From positions 1 through 35,746 of IMG/VR virus record IMGVR_UViG_3300024232_000042: a stretch of 35,746 bases of DNA. One strand, written 5' to 3'. The position numbers were made by a program, and so were the translations under genes. The notes under the pieces are model-generated. The model was not told the origin of the DNA, did no database searches, and was given only the letters and a program-made list of their open reading frames with translations. Source of the DNA: a virus (lineage: Duplodnaviria; Caudoviricetes). Positions 8,788 through 19,076 of the stretch are shown in pieces. The stretch's first letter is position 1. Each line of letters begins with the position of its first letter.

Positions 8788-8816
8788 TTGCTAATAAAGT
8801 TTTTCCTTTATAAGAT
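8788..8816 (+). promoter_or_regulatory. Promoter for the capsid operon
   Basis: TTGCTA-17 bp-TAAGAT. Confidence 0.6.
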
Positions 8817-8821
8817 AATGA

Positions 8822-8925
8822 TAGCGCAAATTTTATAGAGCATCGCAAGCTCCCCATTTTCGGCCGAAAGTACGCCTCGCCATCGTAAGACAGAATTTGA
8901 GTTCGTCACTCATGAAAAATTCTTT
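8822..8925 (+). ncRNA. Structured 5' leader (copy A)
   Basis: Hairpins GAGC-atcgcaa-GCTC, TACG-cctcgccat-CGTA and TGAGT-tcgtc-ACTCA; similar to 20230-20287. Confidence 0.5.
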
Positions 8926-8945
8926 ACTTACAGCGAGGCTATTTT

Positions 8946-9914
8946 ATGTCATTCTCTACGGGGATAACAGGCATTCAGAATATGGCTCCTGAGCTACCAG
9001 TTCAGGCTTCTGAGGACCTACTTTCAACTCCAATGTTCAACCTTATCCACTCTTTCGGCGTCGACCTGCACCATGCAGAGAGCTACGTCGGTAAAACTAC
9101 CCGTATGAGTCGTTTTGAACGTCTTTCTACAGATGGAGGTCAACTGGACGGTTCAGGAATCGACCCCGCTTCTGAGGTCCCTGTCAGGACTGACATAGAC
9201 GCCACCATGGAAATATACGCAAAAAGCATCGTAACTAACGAACAAGTAGTACTTTACGAGAACTCTAAAACTTTAACCAAGTTCACAGCATTGCTAGGAC
9301 AATGGTTAAGAGAGAAAGAAGATCTTTTAATGCGTGATTTATTTTCAAGTTCTGTCAGTTATATAAACGCCACTGGGGGCTTAAATGGCGACCAGCCGTC
9401 AAATATTTCTTTGAACGATGTAAACAACATCGAGACTATTCTACTGGGGAATGATGCCCGTAGCATGCTTACAAACCTCGAAGCGACTCTGAAGTTCGCT
9501 ACAGGTGGCGTAAGAGACGCATTTATCGCTCTGGCTAATACTAATTTGACTAATGACCTGCAGAAAGTGCAAGGCGTTCTTCTTAAGTCAGCGTATCCAA
9601 CGCAAGAAGGCATACGCCCAGAAGAATATTGCTCTATCTCTAGATTCCGTTTCTTTGTGTCGTCGAAAGCTGCAAAGACTCCAGGAACATCTATGAAAGG
9701 CAACACAGTCTACACCATTCCAATGTATGGACTAGAAGCTGCTGCCAAAATTGAGCAGAACAACTACACCGCTATCATCGGCTATCGTCCTCCATGGGTG
9801 GTTTCCTCCGTAGCACAGAACAGCCAGTTATATGCGAAATTCGCTATCGCTCGCGCGATAACGAACCAGAACTGGATATCTGGTCTGAATGTAACCACAT
9901 TCCAACCCTCATAG
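8946..9914 (+). CDS. Major capsid protein (N4-gp56-like family)
   Basis: 322 aa after the scaffold; GKTTRMSRFERL, DLLMRD and EEYCSISRFRFFVSS motifs. Confidence 0.85.
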   Translation: MSFSTGITGIQNMAPELPVQASEDLLSTPMFNLIHSFGVDLHHAESYVGKTTRMSRFERLSTDGGQLDGSGIDPASEVPVRTDIDATMEIYAKSIVTNEQVVLYENSKTLTKFTALLGQWLREKEDLLMRDLFSSSVSYINATGGLNGDQPSNISLNDVNNIETILLGNDARSMLTNLEATLKFATGGVRDAFIALANTNLTNDLQKVQGVLLKSAYPTQEGIRPEEYCSISRFRFFVSSKAAKTPGTSMKGNTVYTIPMYGLEAAAKIEQNNYTAIIGYRPPWVVSSVAQNSQLYAKFAIARAITNQNWISGLNVTTFQPS

Positions 9915-9923
9915 GAGAGTACC

Positions 9924-10967
9924 ATGGCTTTTACTTTGATTACGGGTAATTCTTTTACCTCCACTGGGGCAGCGGTTAACATTCCGATCCCTAGTTCAGC
10001 AGACTATTTTAAAACCTGGAACATTACTCAGATGGGCCTAACTGGCACCGTTTGCGTAGCTGGCGAGTGGTTTGGGCCAGTCTTTGGTGCAGGAGCTTCT
10101 GCTGCTAATGATGGTCTACGATGGAGAAAAGCTGGCTCTAGCGCAATCTTGATAGACAAGTTCTCTACTTCTGTGGCTTCAGATGGGTTCACCTATGTGA
10201 CCACCGTCCCACAAGTAGAGGCGCAAGCTCCTAACGCTATCACAGCTATTACAGCTGCCAATCCTGCTGTGGTCACTCAGACTAATACATATTCCGCTGG
10301 GGATATTATCCAGTTCTACAATACCACGGGGATGCTACAGATAGCCGGAGCTAATTTCCAAATCAGTTCCGTATCTGGATCAGGCTACACTCTTCTAGGT
10401 CTTCCTGCTACCGCTAGCAACGGTTTTGCCGCTGCTGCTACAGCTGGATTCACTAGAAGGATTTCAAAAACTCTTGCAGTTGATCCTCAGTTCTTATTTG
10501 TAACGAATATTTCTCAGGCAACTCAGGCAGTAGTTTCCACGTCTGTTGACCCTAGCTTGTACTATGTTGTGGGCATGAAGATCCACTTGAGCGTACCGTA
10601 TTCATTCGGCATGACTCAGATGAATCAACTAACAGGGACTATTGTCGCTGTCAATGCCGTGTCCGCTACATCAAACATCGGTGCTTATAACCTGACCATC
10701 GATATTGATTCTAGCGCATTCACTGCGTTTGCATTCCCTGCATCGACAGCATCTCCAGGAGCTCAGTTGTTCGCAACATTGGCCCCTGCTGGCGCATCGA
10801 CACAGTTCAACCCTGTTACTAACGTTCAGACCGGTTATAACTTCCAGTATCAGCCTTTTAGAACAGGTCAATTTACTCCATATATGCATCTAGGCGGTGG
10901 TGCAGCTTCTCCAGCAGGAGCGGCAGCTGACATCATCAACTGGGCTGCATATAAGTTTGAGAACTAG
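9924..10967 (+). CDS. Virion structural/decoration protein with two E1-FCCH-like beta domains
   Basis: ITAITAANPAVVT...GM.QI.G and VTNISQATQAVVS...GMTQMN repeats; directly after the capsid gene. Confidence 0.7.
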   Translation: MAFTLITGNSFTSTGAAVNIPIPSSADYFKTWNITQMGLTGTVCVAGEWFGPVFGAGASAANDGLRWRKAGSSAILIDKFSTSVASDGFTYVTTVPQVEAQAPNAITAITAANPAVVTQTNTYSAGDIIQFYNTTGMLQIAGANFQISSVSGSGYTLLGLPATASNGFAAAATAGFTRRISKTLAVDPQFLFVTNISQATQAVVSTSVDPSLYYVVGMKIHLSVPYSFGMTQMNQLTGTIVAVNAVSATSNIGAYNLTIDIDSSAFTAFAFPASTASPGAQLFATLAPAGASTQFNPVTNVQTGYNFQYQPFRTGQFTPYMHLGGGAASPAGAAADIINWAAYKFEN

Positions 10968-10984
10968 CCTATCGTCCATCCATT

Positions 10985-11016
10985 ACCATGCCTCGGATTT
11001 CCTTGGCATGGTTTTT
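10985..11016 (+). terminator. Intrinsic terminator
   Basis: ACCATGCC...GGCATGGT followed by a T-run. Confidence 0.7.
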
Positions 11017-11033
11017 AAATACACAGGAGAGCG

Positions 11034-11432
11034 ATGCCCAATCAGTACCTGCCGGGAGTAAATACAACGCCGAATTCGTTATTAATCTTAGACATAACGA
11101 AGTCGTTCCCCATGGTAGTGACGGTTGTTTTGTTTAACAATGCTCCTAACCCACGTGTGAATACATATATAGCTGGAATGAACGTCAAGTTTTATGTACC
11201 AAAAACTTATGGAATGTTTCAGGTGAACAATCAGATAGGAAATATTTTGAGAGTCAACGGAAATGATCTGACCATTGACATCGATTCAACGGGATTTGAC
11301 ACGTTTTCCATTCCAATAACCCGGGTGGAGTCCTCCGCAAGCATTTCACCATACGGGTCAAAGAATTTAGAGTACGGCAACAATAGTATAAACGTTGTTC
11401 CATTCCGATCACTTAACAACATAGGAAATTGA
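11034..11432 (+). CDS. Virion protein, single FCCH-like domain
   Basis: Paralogous to the second domain of 9924..10967 (YIAGMNVKFYVPKTYGMFQVN...LTIDIDSTGFDTFSIP). Confidence 0.7.
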   Translation: MPNQYLPGVNTTPNSLLILDITKSFPMVVTVVLFNNAPNPRVNTYIAGMNVKFYVPKTYGMFQVNNQIGNILRVNGNDLTIDIDSTGFDTFSIPITRVESSASISPYGSKNLEYGNNSINVVPFRSLNNIGN

Positions 11433-11433
11433 T

Positions 11434-11865
11434 ATGTCTATGATAACGCTGGTAACGGCCTCTGGAGAACAGCACGGTCTGATTAATACACTTACAAACA
11501 GTGTCCAATACGATGATTTTAAAAATATGAAGCCTGAGCACAAAGAAAAGATGCTCAAGGAAAAGAAAGAAGATGCTCGCATGGTGAAAGCCGAGTATAT
11601 GAATTTCAGAGGCCGTCATGAGCGTCTGACGAAGCCTTACTGCAAATATTCTGGCGATCCTATTCAGATCTGGCATTTCATTCCTGGCAAAGTTTATGAC
11701 GTTCCTCTAGGGCTAGTGAAAGAAGTCAATGACACTAGTAAACATTTGAAGAAGCGAAGCGGATTAGTCTCTGTAGATGACAAAATGGTTAATCAAGATG
11801 GCTCCCCACTAGACCACGATCAAGATGGCGAGTGGCTTCATCGCTTTAGCGCTGTGGGGTTCTAA
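11434..11865 (+). CDS. Phage hypothetical protein
   Basis: 143 aa in the structural operon. Confidence 0.7.
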   Translation: MSMITLVTASGEQHGLINTLTNSVQYDDFKNMKPEHKEKMLKEKKEDARMVKAEYMNFRGRHERLTKPYCKYSGDPIQIWHFIPGKVYDVPLGLVKEVNDTSKHLKKRSGLVSVDDKMVNQDGSPLDHDQDGEWLHRFSAVGF

Positions 11866-11866
11866 T

Positions 11867-13042
11867 ATGACGGCAGTACTGCAAGCAGATACCACCTATG
11901 CTTATATCGAGAAGAAGGTAAGACGCCTGACAGCGTCCGCAAGCGAGGCTGCGCTCAGTAGTGCCGACATCCAAATGGCGGTCAATTTATTTTATAACAA
12001 TGATTTTGCTTATGCCGTAAAGATAGATCAGCAGCGATCAGTCTATAAATTCCTGACCATCCCTAACGTAGACCGATACCCTGTAGACGTAAATAATCTA
12101 CAGGGTTTTCGTGCTCCAGTATATTTTGAGGGAATAGTCGGGAACTTCTTTAAGAACAGAGATCAGTTGTATAATCTTTATCCCAGATATCCGACACAAT
12201 TTCAACCGGTAGGTGGAGATGGAGTCACAACTAGTTTTACTTTTACTTTATTTGGCAACAATGTAAACCCATTTCCTCAGAATAATTATGGTATATTGAG
12301 CACACAGGTTGTTGTGGGCGGTATCGATGTCAATGGGAATCCGATAAGAATCATCGACGATGGTGGCGCTGTTGCTAATTCTTTTGGAATCGGCAGCAAT
12401 ACTACAACCGGGAATTTGATCTATGTGCAGCAAAATACTGTTGGCAATAACGTTTATTTAGATTCGACTAATGCTCAAAAACCAGCTATTCCACCACTAT
12501 CACCTCTAGGCGGTAATTCTAATGGTGGTAATCCACCTTATCCGCCTTATCCTCCATCACCATTGACTCCGCAATATTGTGGTACTGTCAACTATATAAC
12601 CACTAATTTTACTATTAATTTCCCTGTGGCGCCAGCTGCGGGGACGATGATAAATGTATGGGCCTCTCAGTATCAAACTGGAAGGCCTTATAATCTTTTA
12701 TTCTGGAATAATGAGTTTACAGTCAGGCCTGTGCCGGATAATGTCTATCTTTGCGAAGTTGAAGCGTATCAAACACCATCACAATTCATGATGACCAATC
12801 AGAATCCTACGCTCAACCAATGGAGCCAATATCTGGCTTATGGAGCAGCGTGCGAGATCCTTAGAGATCGTCAAGACATGGAAGGTCTAGCTAATCTACA
12901 AGAAGGATTCCAGCGCCAAGAGGCTCTTGTATTAGAGCGCCAGGCAGTAGAAGAAATCGGTCAGCCCAATATAACTTTGTTTAACAGCACTCAAACTGGC
13001 AACGCATCCGGCATTGGCTGGGGCATCGGTCAGGGCTTCTAA
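11867..13042 (+). CDS. Putative head-tail adaptor with inserted beta domain
   Basis: Position before the nozzle; helical termini; VRPVPDNVY and WSQYLAYGAA motifs; ATG 11867 preferred. Confidence 0.6.
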   Translation: MTAVLQADTTYAYIEKKVRRLTASASEAALSSADIQMAVNLFYNNDFAYAVKIDQQRSVYKFLTIPNVDRYPVDVNNLQGFRAPVYFEGIVGNFFKNRDQLYNLYPRYPTQFQPVGGDGVTTSFTFTLFGNNVNPFPQNNYGILSTQVVVGGIDVNGNPIRIIDDGGAVANSFGIGSNTTTGNLIYVQQNTVGNNVYLDSTNAQKPAIPPLSPLGGNSNGGNPPYPPYPPSPLTPQYCGTVNYITTNFTINFPVAPAAGTMINVWASQYQTGRPYNLLFWNNEFTVRPVPDNVYLCEVEAYQTPSQFMMTNQNPTLNQWSQYLAYGAACEILRDRQDMEGLANLQEGFQRQEALVLERQAVEEIGQPNITLFNSTQTGNASGIGWGIGQGF

Positions 13043-15375
13043 TGGCAGGTTACCAGCCCCTTAAAGTCACTGGAATGCAAACAGGTCTTGTGCAAGACAG
13101 AGAAAATTTCATCTTGCCTGATGATGCCTATCCTGTGCTGCAAAACGCCTACGTATGGCGTGAGCGTATCAAGCGCAAGCGGGGATTCCAGCTTTTAGGT
13201 CGTCTGCAACGCAGTGTAACTATACCACCTGCTAGCAATACCAACAGTCTACTGGTAGGCCTAGAACCTACTGCAACGCTAGTTCCTGGCTCTTTGAACA
13301 TCATAGGATCGGGCGGTACAGTGTGGACAGATCCGGGTGCTAATGGTGTTCTAGTACCAAATATTGTTTTCCCTAATGGTACTGTCAACTATGTAACGGG
13401 CGTGATCACTGGGCCAGTTCCCCCCAACACAGGATCATTCTCATACTATCCAGGTCTTCCTGTGATGGGGATATGCATTGAGGAGCTGGCTAACAGCGCT
13501 AATGATCGTACACTTTTCTTTGATCAGAAATATTGCTATACCTTCAACCCAACCACCATGGCATTTGAGGAGTTTATTCCAGGCACAACTTGGAATGCTA
13601 GCGGGCAACCTATCTCAGGCGTTGATTTTTTCTTTTCTACAAACTATTGGATTGCGGGGACAGCCTTCAGCCCGTTTCCAATGACTACTAGCAAACTTTT
13701 CTGGGTTACCAATAATACCGGATATGCAGGGGCGTTAGCAGATTCACCACGAATTACCGACGGTGCCGCTTGGGTAGATTTTGCGCCTCCAACCTATGGG
13801 CAGATAGATGCGACGACATTTCTGACTAACTGGTTGTGCATGTTGCCCTATCGTGGGCGTATGGTCACATTCAACACTTGGGAAGGTGCCGACAAAGCCA
13901 ATTCACAGCATTATTCAAATAGAATTCGCTGGAGTACAATTGGAAATCCATTTATACCATATGCAGCAGGTCCCCCATCAACAGGCTCTTGGAGGGATGA
14001 CATACGAGGCCAGGGCGGATTCCTTGATATACCAACCAGTGAAGATATTGTTGCTATCGGTTTTGTGCGTGATAACCTTGTCATATATTGCGAACGCTCT
14101 ACGTGGCAGCTACGTTACACAGGCCGTTCAATTGCTCCATTCCAGATTGAACGGGTAAATAGCGAGCTAGGCGCTGAAAGCACCTTCTCAGCCGTGCAGT
14201 TTGATACATCTCTTGTAGGTATAGGTGACAAAGGGGTTGTCGAATGCGACAGTTATAAATCCGAGCGCATCGACATAAAAATCCCCGATCTAGTCTTCTC
14301 ATTTCAATCAACGAATGACGGTGATGCCCGTGTGCATGGCATACGTGACTTTGTTAATCGCCTAGCCTATTGGACATACCCACTTGCAGCAGGATATGAC
14401 TCTGCTGTTTCTACCAGCTCTAGGTTATTTCCGAATAGGCGTTTGGTCTACAACTATGAAAATGATTCGTGGGCGATCTTCAACGACTCTCTGACGGTTG
14501 TAGGCAATTATCAGGCTACTTCTAACAGAACATGGCTTAACACACCTATACCATGGACTCAATGCAATTTTACATGGGTAGATCAGCCTCAAGGTGATCC
14601 TGTGATCGTAGCAGGCAATCAGCAAGGCTTTATCGAGCAATTGAATGAGCTGACAGTCAACGATGTGAGTCTATACATTTCCGCGATCACAGGAAATACA
14701 ACTACGCCTACCGTAATTACAAGCCCTAATCATAATATGAACACTAATTTTGTCATAAAGATTATTGGTATACCAACAGGGACACCTTTTGCAAGTTTAA
14801 ATGGTGGAATATTCGGAATCACGGTAACTGATGCTAATAATTTCCAATTATTTACATACGACCCGTCATCAGGAGATTTCACAAAAGGTCAGGTAAATCC
14901 TCCTGGAAACTATGTAGGGATAGGATACATACAGATAAGAGAAAATTTCACCATACAAAGCAAGAAGTTTAATTTCCTGGATGAAGGGCAAGCTATTCAA
15001 ATGGGCTATATCGATGTTTTGCTAGAGGCTTCAGAGCCTAGCCAGCCAGGAGCGATATCCCTGAATGTATACCTGGACTACAACGATGATCTGGCCTCCA
15101 ATACAATTCCGGCTAATCAGATAAATGATGACAACGCTGCTGAGATCCCCGACACATTCTTTAACTCGGTAATACCTACAACCAGTTCTACATTGAATGG
15201 TAAGGGTGGAACAAAGTTTTGGCAACGAGTTTTTTGCGCCACAAGGGCAAACTTTTTAACATTAGAATACACATTTTCGAATGCCCAGATGGCTGGCATA
15301 GAGCAAGAGCAATACGTGCAGATAGACGCCCAAGTCATATGGTTGCGTCGCGGTGGCCGAATGACCCAGATTTAG
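13042..15375 (+). CDS. Tail nozzle/hub protein (P22 gp10 / T7 gp12-like)
   Basis: 777 aa, propeller-like NRIRWSTIGNP and DIVAIG..DNLVIYCERSTWQL. Confidence 0.7.
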   Translation: MAGYQPLKVTGMQTGLVQDRENFILPDDAYPVLQNAYVWRERIKRKRGFQLLGRLQRSVTIPPASNTNSLLVGLEPTATLVPGSLNIIGSGGTVWTDPGANGVLVPNIVFPNGTVNYVTGVITGPVPPNTGSFSYYPGLPVMGICIEELANSANDRTLFFDQKYCYTFNPTTMAFEEFIPGTTWNASGQPISGVDFFFSTNYWIAGTAFSPFPMTTSKLFWVTNNTGYAGALADSPRITDGAAWVDFAPPTYGQIDATTFLTNWLCMLPYRGRMVTFNTWEGADKANSQHYSNRIRWSTIGNPFIPYAAGPPSTGSWRDDIRGQGGFLDIPTSEDIVAIGFVRDNLVIYCERSTWQLRYTGRSIAPFQIERVNSELGAESTFSAVQFDTSLVGIGDKGVVECDSYKSERIDIKIPDLVFSFQSTNDGDARVHGIRDFVNRLAYWTYPLAAGYDSAVSTSSRLFPNRRLVYNYENDSWAIFNDSLTVVGNYQATSNRTWLNTPIPWTQCNFTWVDQPQGDPVIVAGNQQGFIEQLNELTVNDVSLYISAITGNTTTPTVITSPNHNMNTNFVIKIIGIPTGTPFASLNGGIFGITVTDANNFQLFTYDPSSGDFTKGQVNPPGNYVGIGYIQIRENFTIQSKKFNFLDEGQAIQMGYIDVLLEASEPSQPGAISLNVYLDYNDDLASNTIPANQINDDNAAEIPDTFFNSVIPTTSSTLNGKGGTKFWQRVFCATRANFLTLEYTFSNAQMAGIEQEQYVQIDAQVIWLRRGGRMTQI

Positions 15376-15384
15376 GAGTAGATC

Positions 15385-16029
15385 ATGCCCACATATAATC
15401 CTGGAATACCAACTGGAACAGTGCCTCTTAATTTGGATTATCAGAATATCCAGAACAATTTTACCGTTCTCAATACGCTATATAACACGGATCATGTTCC
15501 GTTAACAAATACAGACGCTACTATAAGCGGATATCATCAGACTATACACTCGGTGCCGTTCTCGACGACCTCTAGCAATCCGCCAAATAACCAGCCTGTA
15601 GCAAAACCTACATCAGTTGCAGGCGTTTCAGAGATATTTACAGCCATAATCAATGATGGCATCAATACGGCCTCTTCATTGTATTTTCAGACTGACACAG
15701 GTCTATTAATGCAACTGACCAGGAACTTTGTGCCTGTAGGGAATACAAACGGATATACGTTTATTCCTGGAGGAATTATTTTGCAGTGGGGTAGCAAAAC
15801 AGTGGCACCCGGGGCTAATACTGTAACATTTGCAACTAATAATATTGCATTCCCGGCTAATTGCTGGAATGTGATAGCCGTTCCGTTTTATACAGGATCA
15901 GCTACCACATCCGCATCACAAGCGGTTTATATAAATCAGGGGACATTATCCAAGACTAAGTTCGACTACGATCTGATTGCCAGTTCTTCAACGATTAAAG
16001 GTTTTTTCTGGATAGCGATAGGTAATTAA
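15385..16029 (+). CDS. Short tail fibre/needle protein with gp53-like C-terminal domain
   Basis: NGYTFIPGGIILQWG...FPANCWNV...FFWIAIGN. Confidence 0.7.
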   Translation: MPTYNPGIPTGTVPLNLDYQNIQNNFTVLNTLYNTDHVPLTNTDATISGYHQTIHSVPFSTTSSNPPNNQPVAKPTSVAGVSEIFTAIINDGINTASSLYFQTDTGLLMQLTRNFVPVGNTNGYTFIPGGIILQWGSKTVAPGANTVTFATNNIAFPANCWNVIAVPFYTGSATTSASQAVYINQGTLSKTKFDYDLIASSSTIKGFFWIAIGN

Positions 16030-16514
16030 TGATTCCAATAGATAGCCAAGCGCTTGAGAGCTATGTTCCAACCTATGACGTCATGCCTGAAAAATGGGAA
16101 GACGCCCGCGGATTGGTTGTAGAGCAGTTAAAGAAGATGTCATATGCAATAAACATACGAGAAATCGGCTGGTTTTTAGATGAAGAGCTGCTGAGTGGTA
16201 AGGCATTCATACCGGGAATAAATAACGCAGACGAAGGCAGCAGCTCGCAGGCATTTAGAACCATCCTTAGGAAGGTGATTGTGTTCCCTGGTCTGACTGT
16301 GGGAGTGAATACCCAACCGCATGGCATCATGGTTGACGCTAATTTTAGCCTGATACAGCTGTTCGGGGCTGCTACCAACGCAACAGCTATGATAGGAGAG
16401 CCGTTGCCGAATGGGGCTGACACTATGTCATATGATGCTACCAATATTATAATAACCGTTGCAGCAGCCTACACAAGGGCCTTCGCGACTATAGAGTATA
16501 TACAGGAGCTTTGA
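16029..16514 (+). CDS. Virion protein
   Basis: Translationally coupled within the tail operon. Confidence 0.65.
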   Translation: MIPIDSQALESYVPTYDVMPEKWEDARGLVVEQLKKMSYAINIREIGWFLDEELLSGKAFIPGINNADEGSSSQAFRTILRKVIVFPGLTVGVNTQPHGIMVDANFSLIQLFGAATNATAMIGEPLPNGADTMSYDATNIIITVAAAYTRAFATIEYIQEL

Positions 16515-16515
16515 A

Positions 16516-17106
16516 ATGGGATTTTGGAATACAGCTGGTACAATTGCCACGGGTGGCATAGCCAATAAGAATTTCCGTAAAGGCGCTAAAAAATTCTTGT
16601 TTGGAAATGATGAGAAGCGTGAAAACGTTTCTACATTACGACCTGAACAAGAAGCATTGTACCAACAGGCTGTCAATGCTGGTATGGGAAGAGGAGCGGG
16701 CGGAGCTTATGGGGAATCAGCAGATTATTATCGCGACCTGCTAAGTAATGACAGTGCCGATTTTAATTCTCAGGCAGCCCCTCAGTTGCGTCAATATAAC
16801 GAGCAGATAGTTCCGGGCCTGTCCGAGCAATTTGCGGGCATGGGAGCCGGAGGGTTGAGTAGTTCAGGATTTAGGAATGCTCAAGTCGCTGGAGCCACTG
16901 ATCTTTCTGAAAGATTAGGCGCTATACGTGCGAATTTGCGACAGGCAGGTGCGCAAGGGCTTCAGAATATTGGACAACAAGGGCTTCAGAACTATAGCCA
17001 GAACATGGTTACGGAGCAGGGAACTCCTGGACTTATCCAGGGTGCAGCACCAGCGTTGGCAAAGGCTGCTACAAACTATGTATCAGGTTGGGCAGCAAAC
17101 GCATAA
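16516..17106 (+). CDS. Putative DNA ejection (pilot) protein
   Basis: G/A/Q-rich helical protein after the tail genes. Confidence 0.55.
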   Translation: MGFWNTAGTIATGGIANKNFRKGAKKFLFGNDEKRENVSTLRPEQEALYQQAVNAGMGRGAGGAYGESADYYRDLLSNDSADFNSQAAPQLRQYNEQIVPGLSEQFAGMGAGGLSSSGFRNAQVAGATDLSERLGAIRANLRQAGAQGLQNIGQQGLQNYSQNMVTEQGTPGLIQGAAPALAKAATNYVSGWAANA

Positions 17107-17119
17107 ATAAGGATTGGTT

Positions 17120-18400
17120 ATGGCACAGAAAATAAGCCGTGGTAGTATCCTTGGCAGGATTGGAACGGGCGTAGGCGAAGGACTGGCTGAACAGCTTCCT
17201 AAGGAAGTTGATCGGCATCGCTTATCTAGTGGCTTGAAACAATTTGAGCAAGATTCTTCGGGGCTATCTCCGATGCAACAGTTGACTAGATTAGCGGCCA
17301 TCCCAGGAGCTTTGGAACATCCACAATTGATACAATCATTTGGTAATTTGGCTAGGCAACAGGCTAAAGGCGCTTCTTTGACTCAGCAAAAAGAGCCGCC
17401 ACGGCCCAATCCGTTTCCGGTGCAACAGGAAACCCCAGCAGCATCGCCGTCTGTTCCTTCGGTGACCAAAAGAGAACATTTAGAAACCATTCAAGAAGGA
17501 TTTGTGCCACCTACTGAGAAAGACATATACGACTTTGCGGGGAAACAATTTAATGAGAATCCTGGAAGATTTAACAACGATCCTAACGAAGCTTTAAAAT
17601 ATTCTGAGAGTCATTTCAATAGGTTGGAAAATAGATTTAATGCTAATGAAGCACAGCACAAACGTCTTACAGACATACAAGATAACCTGACAAACAGGCT
17701 ACAGACACATAGCAACAAACTAAGCGCCGAAGTTCCTGCTAATCTTTATAGCGATATTGAAGACAAGGCAATCAATGCAGTGCGCCCTAGGAAAGAAGGC
17801 GGAGAAGGGTTGACTGAACAAGAGGCTATGAAAAAATATGGTAAAGAGCTGGATGATGCATCTAGAGATTATTCTGCGCTATCTTCTATCAGCGGTATAA
17901 GTGTTTTAGGACAGCCTTCTGATAAAACTTTACGTACCATAAAAAACCTTCAGAAAGATGCTAAAAAACGTGGTGATACCGAGAATATGGCTGACACACT
18001 GATCACAAATGGCAATTCTCCAATGATGGCATATGCGCAGATGCAGCCTGTGTCAGATGTTCCCAAGCTGACAGCTGCAATGAGAGCGATACCTAATCTA
18101 GAAGGTTCGGATATATCCATAGGTACGCCATATGGTAAAAGAGTTTCTGCCGAAAAAACATTAGAAGTGTCCAAGAATTTAGCAAAATTCGTTCAAGAAC
18201 ATGATGACGCCAGTCCACTGGCAATTGGATATGAGCTGAAAAAGAAAGGATATGATCCAGATGTTTGGCTGAAATATCTAACTGACAATAGAGAAAAATT
18301 AAATTTGAAAGAAAGCCAAGTTCGTCAATTAGAGAAGCCAGACAGTTTTTTCCCAAGGCTTAGTGATTGGTGGCTGAGCGCATTTTCAGGATTAGAATAG
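17120..18400 (+). CDS. Putative DNA ejection protein
   Basis: GRIGTGVGEGLAEQL N-terminus, helical, podovirus synteny. Confidence 0.55.
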   Translation: MAQKISRGSILGRIGTGVGEGLAEQLPKEVDRHRLSSGLKQFEQDSSGLSPMQQLTRLAAIPGALEHPQLIQSFGNLARQQAKGASLTQQKEPPRPNPFPVQQETPAASPSVPSVTKREHLETIQEGFVPPTEKDIYDFAGKQFNENPGRFNNDPNEALKYSESHFNRLENRFNANEAQHKRLTDIQDNLTNRLQTHSNKLSAEVPANLYSDIEDKAINAVRPRKEGGEGLTEQEAMKKYGKELDDASRDYSALSSISGISVLGQPSDKTLRTIKNLQKDAKKRGDTENMADTLITNGNSPMMAYAQMQPVSDVPKLTAAMRAIPNLEGSDISIGTPYGKRVSAEKTLEVSKNLAKFVQEHDDASPLAIGYELKKKGYDPDVWLKYLTDNREKLNLKESQVRQLEKPDSFFPRLSDWWLSAFSGLE

Positions 18401-18407
18401 GTAAATT

Positions 18408-19076
18408 ATGCAGCCTTATCAAGAAGCCTCTGAAGAAATGAGACGCAGAGGCGAGCAGCCTTTCAAAGCCTTGAAAACTGTTGCTTCAGCAGGGGCATCC
18501 GTGTTACCTGCTGTTGCCGGAGCCAAAATCATTGGAAAAGTTATGCCATTTTTGAGCAAATATATTCCAACTGATTTGGCAATCAAAGGATTGTCTAAAA
18601 TCGATCCTCGATTTGGAAAGTTTATCAAGAAATCTATGCAAGAAGGCTATGATTTCGATGAGGTAAAAGAATTCATTCAAGAAAAAGTGTCAGGTGCAGA
18701 GAAAGAATCTGAACAACCTGCTCAGGAAAATACCAATATCATTCAGCAATTTTCTCCTGCATTGCATGAATTTATCGATGAGCAATTGAAACGTGGTCGT
18801 TCTCCATTAGAAGCCGGTGCAATCGCTCAAAATGATAAGAGGTTTTCTGATGCGATAAATAAGATCACCAAGGCTCACAAATCGCCATGGTCAGCTATTT
18901 TGCAAACCGTGTATGGTGGTCAGCAAGAACAGCAACAAAATCAGGGAGCAACGCAATCTGTTGCACCGCAACAAACAGAACAACAACCACAGCATCCTGG
19001 TCAGCCAGGACAAGGGCAACAAGCTCTTATGGCGATCTTACAGAAGATCCAGCAAGCTAGAGGGGGCCAAGGCTAG
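18408..19076 (+). CDS. Putative DNA ejection/internal virion protein
   Basis: Q-rich, synteny. Confidence 0.5.
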   Translation: MQPYQEASEEMRRRGEQPFKALKTVASAGASVLPAVAGAKIIGKVMPFLSKYIPTDLAIKGLSKIDPRFGKFIKKSMQEGYDFDEVKEFIQEKVSGAEKESEQPAQENTNIIQQFSPALHEFIDEQLKRGRSPLEAGAIAQNDKRFSDAINKITKAHKSPWSAILQTVYGGQQEQQQNQGATQSVAPQQTEQQPQHPGQPGQGQQALMAILQKIQQARGGQG

